Positions 63,295 to 64,000 of a stretch of DNA of 64,000 bases are shown piece after piece (within the stretch, counting starts at the first letter, position 1; every line of letters starts with the position of its first letter). The DNA is from Isurus oxyrinchus (Eukaryota): assembly GCA_026770705.1 (NCBI GenBank), contig JANJGN010000009.1, positions 163,184,001 through 163,248,000 on the forward strand, written 5' to 3'. Both the position numbers and the translations under genes were made by a program. The notes beneath the pieces are model-generated. The model had not been told where the DNA came from and did no database searches. It saw nothing but the letters and a program-made list of their open reading frames with translations.

Positions 63295-64000
63295 TTGTGT
63301 TGCTCCAACTCTGGCTCGTTGAATATTCCCACTTCCTTCACCTCACCATTAACAGTAATGTCTTCAGTTGTCAAGCTCCTAAACTCAAGCAGATTCTCCT
63401 TAAAACTTTCTTGTCTCTTTGCCTCAACAACAACTTTAGTCTGATTACATTACTGTGCAATGCCTCAGGAGGTTGGACTAAGTGAAAGGATCTTTAAGAA
63501 TACAAGTTATTGCTGCTGTTGTTGGTCCCACTAATGAGCTAACAATTAAAAGATGAACGTATTTCTCAACCAGCTGCTGTTGTCAATAAGAGTTCTATCC
63601 CTTTAGTTTTATTCAGAGTGAAGTTTTTATCCACGAGTAACAGATTGCCCTCCGAGCCCTGAATTTTCTGACTGGTTTTAATGGTTGAGAAATTTTTATT
63701 GTGTGTAGAATTCCGAGTGACTGCTCCATTCTAAATGAACACAAATTTACATTTAGCAGAATTACATTAACTCTGCAAGTTCTTTAATGGATGATAAGAA
63801 ATGTAAGTAAAGAGATGGACAGTGGAAAAAATGTGTCTTCATGTTAGTTGCAATTTGCAATGTTGAAACCACAAGAAAAATGTGTTGCTGTCCTCAGGGT
63901 GGACGTGTGACTCACACCCTGTGAATATACAATGGCAGCAGGTGCTAGTTACCAAATGAAGGGTTGTGTTTGCAAGTGCGAGAAGAACTGCATCGGTACA

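Larger units (their letters stand above)
57021..63450 (-). pseudogene. Unidentified multi-exon gene remnant (candidate exons ~63450-63295 plus 61176-61144, 61027-60928, 57418-57327, 57187-57021)
   Basis: AG acceptors and mutually compatible phases (2, 2-0, 0-2, 2-1) give ...QTKVVVEAKRQESFKENLLEFRSLTTEDITVNGEVKEVGIFNEPELEQHKICRKRYTDREG-CHDNVLCTMWNINLSIYQLIRYMMNFVKRAFYQ-ASIMVSALFIGYLVMQMKETVNGFNRVISQR-CKVLDISGLNGTVGNYCTRNVTKVFHSTWVNNILQYQTV... Two donors are non-canonical and one exon is split by Penelope. Confidence 0.5.

Overview
This is vertebrate genomic DNA; the repeat complement (CR1 LINEs, Deu-domain SINEs, Penelope elements with hammerhead motifs) points to a cartilaginous fish, which is an inference. 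Bases 1445-44334 are a head-to-tail array of a ~4.0-kb unit (10 full copies plus 1 internally deleted copy) built mostly from old TE fragments. Hand base-pairing suggests that the + strand of each unit folds into two long, colinear, G-U-rich hairpins centred near unit-1 positions ~2005 and ~3875. The islands that are nearly invariant between copies are largely each other's pairing partners, several copy-specific substitutions preserve pairing, and some paired arms come from unrelated TE families. This suggests a selected, multicopy long-hairpin (rod-like dsRNA) RNA locus. To the right are a minus-strand CD300/pIgR-like receptor gene with damaged splice sites, a second unidentified multi-exon (pseudo)gene interrupted by a young Penelope element with an open RT/GIY-YIG frame, a probable solo LTR, and further CR1, SINE and Penelope copies. 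All folding was done by eye and no database search was run.
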